The notes below the pieces were generated by a model. It made no database searches and was not told the DNA's origin. It was given only the letters and a program-made list of their open reading frames with translations. From NCBI GenBank assembly GCA_002785215.1, contig PFMK01000045.1, positions 1 through 41,215 on the forward strand: DNA of 41,215 nucleotides, given 5' to 3'. This DNA is from Candidatus Gottesmanbacteria bacterium CG_4_10_14_0_8_um_filter_37_24 (GTDB lineage Bacteria > Patescibacteriota > Microgenomatia > 2-02-FULL-39-11). Positions 38,001 through 41,215 of the stretch are shown here, one piece after another (positions within the stretch are counted from its first letter, which is position 1; each line of letters starts with the position of its first letter). The position numbers were made by a program, and so were the translations under genes.

Positions 38001-38985
38001 CATCCTGAAAAATTTCGATGAAACTATCCTGTTCGATTTCTTGTTTACTAGGTTGGCTTAAAATTTGTTTGAAAAGTCTTTTGAAAAAAGGAAGGTCTTT
38101 TTTGCTAACCTCAGGATTGTTTTGACGCAGTTGGTTAACATTCGAATTTATCAGTGCAATGGTATTATTGTAACCATCAATCTGTTTTTGACTGAAACAG
38201 TTGTTGAAATAGAATAAAACAAAAATTCTAAGTTCATTTTTCGCAAAAACTGATTTATGTTTTTTCGAATATTTTGACTCAAATATTTTCTTATTCTCCA
38301 GGAATATGCTTAAGTTATCATTGATGATTCTTGTAGGAATAGCGGTAGAAGTGCCATCGTCTTTATAAAAATTTATTCTTGTTTCATGAAATTTTTTAAA
38401 ATAACAGCCGAATTTATTAAATGGATCAAAAATGCTTTTTCCATTAATCTGGGCTTCTGGATATTTATATTTGAGAAAATCAAAAACTTCTACTTTGAAA
38501 AACAGTTCAATCCCTTTTGTTCCCTCTTTGATTTTTTTCAGTTTCTTTTCTAATTCTTTTTTTTGCTGTTTTTCATTTTTGTTTTTTAATGTTTGCTCAA
38601 TATTTTTTAAATATCGATTTTTCCACTGATCAGCTTCAGTGTTAAAGCTTTTTAAGAGAATAGTTCTGAGTCTTTTGGCAATTTTTTCCAGATCTATTCT
38701 ACTTGCTCTGGATGGATTTAGTTTATGAGAAAAGTATTTTTGTTCATAACCTTCTAGAAGATTTTCTGGTAAGTTTGTATGCGAAAAAGCATCTTTGATA
38801 AATTCTTTGTGGAGTCTGTCGAAATACTTTTTGACATCTTTATAGTTTTCAGCGATTTTTTCATCTTTTTCAAAAACATGGTTTTTCTCCAAGAGTTCTT
38901 TGGTTCGACCTACTGGGATAAGTTCAAAACGGAGTGTTTTTTGCAGTTCATAGAGGTGAGTAAAATCCTTAAAAATACCAGTCAT
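35017..38985 (-). CDS. cas12a: Cas12a (Cpf1), type V-A single effector nuclease
   Basis: 1322 aa. N-terminal LYELQKTLRFELIPVGRT. RuvC-I IIGIDRGEKNLAYYSV (D902), RuvC-II AIVVFEDLNIGFKRGR (E993), RuvC-III FNGDANGAYNIARKG (D1271), and Nuc-lid LILQLRN (R1221). There is no HNH domain. The matching repeat hairpin lies in the adjacent array. Confidence 0.95.
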   Translation of the reverse strand: MTGIFKDFTHLYELQKTLRFELIPVGRTKELLEKNHVFEKDEKIAENYKDVKKYFDRLHKEFIKDAFSHTNLPENLLEGYEQKYFSHKLNPSRASRIDLEKIAKRLRTILLKSFNTEADQWKNRYLKNIEQTLKNKNEKQQKKELEKKLKKIKEGTKGIELFFKVEVFDFLKYKYPEAQINGKSIFDPFNKFGCYFKKFHETRINFYKDDGTSTAIPTRIINDNLSIFLENKKIFESKYSKKHKSVFAKNELRIFVLFYFNNCFSQKQIDGYNNTIALINSNVNQLRQNNPEVSKKDLPFFKRLFKQILSQPSKQEIEQDSFIEIFQDEDVFPTMQKFINENKICIPKAKSIFKKFISSQKVKSDEYNISQIYVAKRFINTISNKWFSNWNTIRNLLIPKDKKNIPDFISVTSLKAALQKTQNIVEVNDLFRKEYRDILEEGSDFYQIFLKIWEKEFEKATDIYLNETKEIEKMITEDKKYLPNKKGRLKSGKKGSIQKEKFLDYTQSVFDIYLMMKYFSLEKGKERVWNPEALDEDAIGGFYEKFKEYYENINTWKYFNVFRNYLTKKPYNSEKIKLNFECSSLLSGWSKNYDSYGALIFEKNEKYYLGIINGTKFTKDEIEQLYLDIRNNNISLRLVYNYQKPDFKNFPKLFIRSSGSNFAPAVKKYNLPIDSVLNIYDKGLFKTSNKSSQNYHESLKKIIDYFKLGISQHESYKGFSFKWQETSEYDNISDFYKDATRSCYKVTWENINFSKLYELIESGRLYLFQIYNKDFELDENIAPKGYNFKDKNGRRNLHSIYWKALFSNTNFKKTILKLNGGAELFYRKLTKNLTKDPIITVKNQIKIIKKNNNIFHKKRFTQNKIYFHCPVSINFTENDWKINTKICNTIRNNSKVKIIGIDRGEKNLAYYSVIDHQGNILETDSFNEVQEREDREPTDYQKKLDQIQKERDWQRKSWQEISSIKEMKKGYISQVVHQICKLIRKYEAIVVFEDLNIGFKRGRFAIEKQIYQNLELALAKKLNYMVFKDAKEEETGHFLQAYQLTPPVINFQDIGKQCGIIFYVPASYTSAICPACGFRKNISTFVEKIEKNIDLINKFNIVYDPDKDRFCFRYKRSDFIKSEKEKEDDSKVKLYSNTKLPDDFTFYSNVERFKYIRDQNNRGGKVELKYPNDSLKKLFHENGINFQNFSNISQLIKTRNFENENFYKPFIYIISLILQLRNTTIEINQNENNEKYRDFISCPHCYFHSENNLITLTKRYKGKKPFEFNGDANGAYNIARKGILILQKINKAKRLEEIEYGGLTVTQQEYDKYLALVSSKKA

Positions 38986-39013
38986 AAGTCGATGAGCTTA
39001 TATTATTTCCCAG

Positions 39014-39022
39014 ATTATATCA
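39014..39022 (-). promoter_or_regulatory. candidate extended -10 element (TGATATAAT) for cas12a
   Basis: The reverse complement of 39014..39022 is TGATATAAT. It sits in the 54-nt valS-cas12a gap, about 29 nt upstream of the cas12a ATG. No good -35 lies at 17 nt. Confidence 0.3.
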
Positions 39023-39039
39023 TATACAGAATTGTTGAG

Positions 39040-41184
39040 TTATGCCTCAGGCCAGAGGGTTATTATAAGTGGCATCTTGTTCTCAGGATCTATTTGGGTT
39101 TTAATTTCCTCTGTTATAAACGGCATAAAGGGATGCAGAAGAGTAAGACTTTGTATGAATACATAAATAAGTACAGATAATGTTTCCTTATCATTATTGT
39201 GCAGTCTTTCCTTTGAAGATTCTATGTATTTATCCGCTAATTCATGCCAAATGAATTCATAAAGAAGGTCTGCGGCTCTTGAAAAATTGTACTTTTCAAA
39301 ATCAGATGTTACTGATTTGATCAATTCGTCTGTTTTGTCTAATATATTTTTATTGTCCGGATGCAGTTTACTTCTGCTGGATGACTGGCTAAAAGTAATG
39401 GATTCCGCGTTATTTTTTCCGATAAATTCAGAATTCATTTTTATAAATCTCGCCATATTCCACAGTTTGTTTGTAAAATTCCTCATCGCCCGTATTTTAT
39501 CTTCAGACATAGGCAAATCGTTGCCTAATGCACTTCCAAAAATAAGAGCCATTCTTAAAGCGTCTGCGCTGTAAGTATCTGCCATAATCAGGGGATTTAT
39601 TACGTTCCCTTTGGACTTGCTCATTTTTTGACCCTTCGAATCGCGGACAAGACCATGCAAAACCACTCTTCTGAATGGGACTTTGTTTGTAACGTACAAT
39701 CCCAGCATGATCATCCGGCACACCCACCAGGGTAATATGTCATAGCCTGTTTCCATGACGCTCGTGGGGTAGAAATACTCATAATTCTTCATACTGTTTA
39801 CCTGAAGAGTAGCGAAAGGCCATTGTCCAGAAGAAAACCATGTATCAAAAGTGTCAGGATCCTGTATAAGATTTTTACCTTTGCATTTAGGACACGAGGA
39901 AGGTGTGTTCCCTTCGGTGACGATCCAATCACTTTCTATTCCGCAGTCTATACACTGCCACGCAGGAATTCTTATTCCCCAGACGATCTGACGGCTGATG
40001 TTCCAATCATGGAAATTTGATAGCCATTGGATGGCAGTTTTTTCAAATCGTTTGGGTGTAAAAACGATACTCTTTTCCCTGATGGCTTTAATTGCCGGAT
40101 CAGTTAATGGTTTTACCCTGACATACCATTGAGGAAGAGGAAGGGGTTCAATTACGTTTCCGCATTTATAACATGTGCCTACGTTGTGGGTATATTTTTC
40201 ATTAATGTGATCGATTAATCCTTTCGCCTTAAGATCCTCTGCAACTTTTATTCTTGCTGCCATGACTTTCATGCCATGATAAGGACCTGTCAGATCAGTA
40301 AGTCTTCCGTTGTAGCCGATCACTTGTTTCATGGGTAATTTATGCCGGAGTCCCATTTCGAAATCTGTCACATCATGGGCCGGTGTAACTTTTACCACTC
40401 CTGTTCCGAATTTCGGGTCTACAGCTTCATCTGCAATAACAGATAATTTAAAATCTCCCAATAGTCCCTTAACTTCAAATTCTTTTCCAACATACTTTTT
40501 ATATCTTTTATCAGAAGGGTGTACTGCAACTGCGGTATCGCCGAATTTAGTCTCAGGCCTTGTGGTAGCCAGAATGAAGGGGCCGTATTTTAAATAATAC
40601 AAAGGATCTATTCTTTCCACGTATTTTACTTCCAAATCGGAAAATCCAGTTCCGCATTTCGTGCAGTAGTTTACCAGTCTTTTGCTTCTGTATAAAAGAC
40701 CGTCATTATGAAGTTTTTTGAAAGTTTTATAGACGATTTTTATAACCTTTTCATCCAGCGTAAAAACCTGTTTGGTCCAATCAAGGGAAAATCCCAGACG
40801 TCTTAGTTGGTTTTCCATGTTACCGCGGTTATTCTGGACAAAATCCCAGATCATTTTATAGAGTTCTTCCCGATTGTAATCAAAACGGCTTTTACCCTCT
40901 TTGGTAAGATGTTTTTCAAAAACATACTGTGTTTCAAAACCGGCATGATCTGTTCCAGGAAGCCAAAGAGTAGAGGAGCCAAGCATTCTGTGATAGCGGA
41001 TCATGATGTCTTCAATCACATACATGGCATGACCCAGATGCAGATCCGCATTAGCATTGGGAGGGGGGAGTATTATGGTAAACGGTTTTTTGGAAGGGTT
41101 AATTTTAGGAGTAAAATATCCTTTTTTTTCCCAAAAACTATACCATTTTTTCTCGACTTCTTGATGTTTGTATACTTTGTCCAT
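39040..41184 (-). CDS. valS: valine--tRNA ligase (short form without the C-terminal coiled coil)
   Basis: 714 aa with PPPNANADLHLGHA (HIGH), the editing-domain motifs TTRPETKFGDTAVAVHP and GTGVVKVTPAHD, WNISRQIVWGIRIPAW, and KMSKSKGN. Confidence 0.85.
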   Translation of the reverse strand: MDKVYKHQEVEKKWYSFWEKKGYFTPKINPSKKPFTIILPPPNANADLHLGHAMYVIEDIMIRYHRMLGSSTLWLPGTDHAGFETQYVFEKHLTKEGKSRFDYNREELYKMIWDFVQNNRGNMENQLRRLGFSLDWTKQVFTLDEKVIKIVYKTFKKLHNDGLLYRSKRLVNYCTKCGTGFSDLEVKYVERIDPLYYLKYGPFILATTRPETKFGDTAVAVHPSDKRYKKYVGKEFEVKGLLGDFKLSVIADEAVDPKFGTGVVKVTPAHDVTDFEMGLRHKLPMKQVIGYNGRLTDLTGPYHGMKVMAARIKVAEDLKAKGLIDHINEKYTHNVGTCYKCGNVIEPLPLPQWYVRVKPLTDPAIKAIREKSIVFTPKRFEKTAIQWLSNFHDWNISRQIVWGIRIPAWQCIDCGIESDWIVTEGNTPSSCPKCKGKNLIQDPDTFDTWFSSGQWPFATLQVNSMKNYEYFYPTSVMETGYDILPWWVCRMIMLGLYVTNKVPFRRVVLHGLVRDSKGQKMSKSKGNVINPLIMADTYSADALRMALIFGSALGNDLPMSEDKIRAMRNFTNKLWNMARFIKMNSEFIGKNNAESITFSQSSSRSKLHPDNKNILDKTDELIKSVTSDFEKYNFSRAADLLYEFIWHELADKYIESSKERLHNNDKETLSVLIYVFIQSLTLLHPFMPFITEEIKTQIDPENKMPLIITLWPEA

Positions 41185-41215
41185 AGAAATGGTCAGTTGA
41201 TAAGTTAGTTACTTC

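Noticed and set aside
32005-39040. tracrRNA / anti-repeat, an HNH domain (type II), or another type V subtype
   Set aside because: No segment complementary to the repeat was noticed in the flanks by eye. The effector lacks an HNH insert. It has the Cas12a N-terminal and RuvC signatures plus the Cas12a-type repeat hairpin. A computational anti-repeat scan is still advisable.
35017-39180. Plus-strand ORFs 36052..36264, 38432..38629 and 38779..39180 antisense to cas12a (also 33251..33466 antisense to cas2)
   Set aside because: These are Phe/Ile/Leu-rich translations of the A-rich coding strand's complement. They sit entirely within well-supported genes.
1-41215. Mobile genetic element or genomic island boundaries around the CRISPR or R-M loci
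   Set aside because: No transposase, integrase, recombinase, tRNA attachment site or long terminal repeats were recognised anywhere in the window.

Overview
This is an AT-rich, tightly packed bacterial window. Gene content looks small-genome or CPR-like, which is my inference. The genetic code is standard: TGA, TAG and TAA all end clearly real genes. No transposase, integrase, rRNA or tRNA gene was recognised.

Left third (about 0.1-10.8 kb): three tandem small VirB2/TrbC-like membrane proteins, an ECF sigma factor with a putative anti-sigma partner, and a compact plus-strand mevalonate-pathway operon with archaeal features. The operon encodes class I HMG-CoA reductase, the HMG-CoA synthase / thiolase / DUF35 trio, mevalonate kinase, an embedded multi-TM protein, a phosphomevalonate-kinase-like GHMP kinase and diphosphomevalonate decarboxylase, and it ends in uppS.

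Middle (about 11-32 kb):
- an RHH-fused sugar-phosphate nucleotidyltransferase
- a 915-aa single-chain Type IIG restriction-modification enzyme with a translationally coupled unknown ORF
- thyA-folA, a membrane-anchored serpin, a flavodoxin-like protein and a TrmB-type regulator
- a GT28/MGDG-synthase-like glycosyltransferase interrupted by one in-frame TAG
- a CaCA exchanger, an RNA methyltransferase and YqeY
- envelope foldases (SurA-like, cyclophilin) and a large GT-C-like membrane protein

Right (about 32-41.2 kb, all minus strand): valS, then a complete class 2 type V-A CRISPR-Cas locus. It comprises cas12a (1322 aa), cas4, cas1, cas2, a 160-nt leader and 17 identical 36-nt repeats with 16 spacers. 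This locus is the stand-out system of the window. Unusual details are a Cas12a with an intact CxxC...CxxC zinc-ribbon signature and a GC-rich long hairpin directly abutting the leader-proximal repeat.
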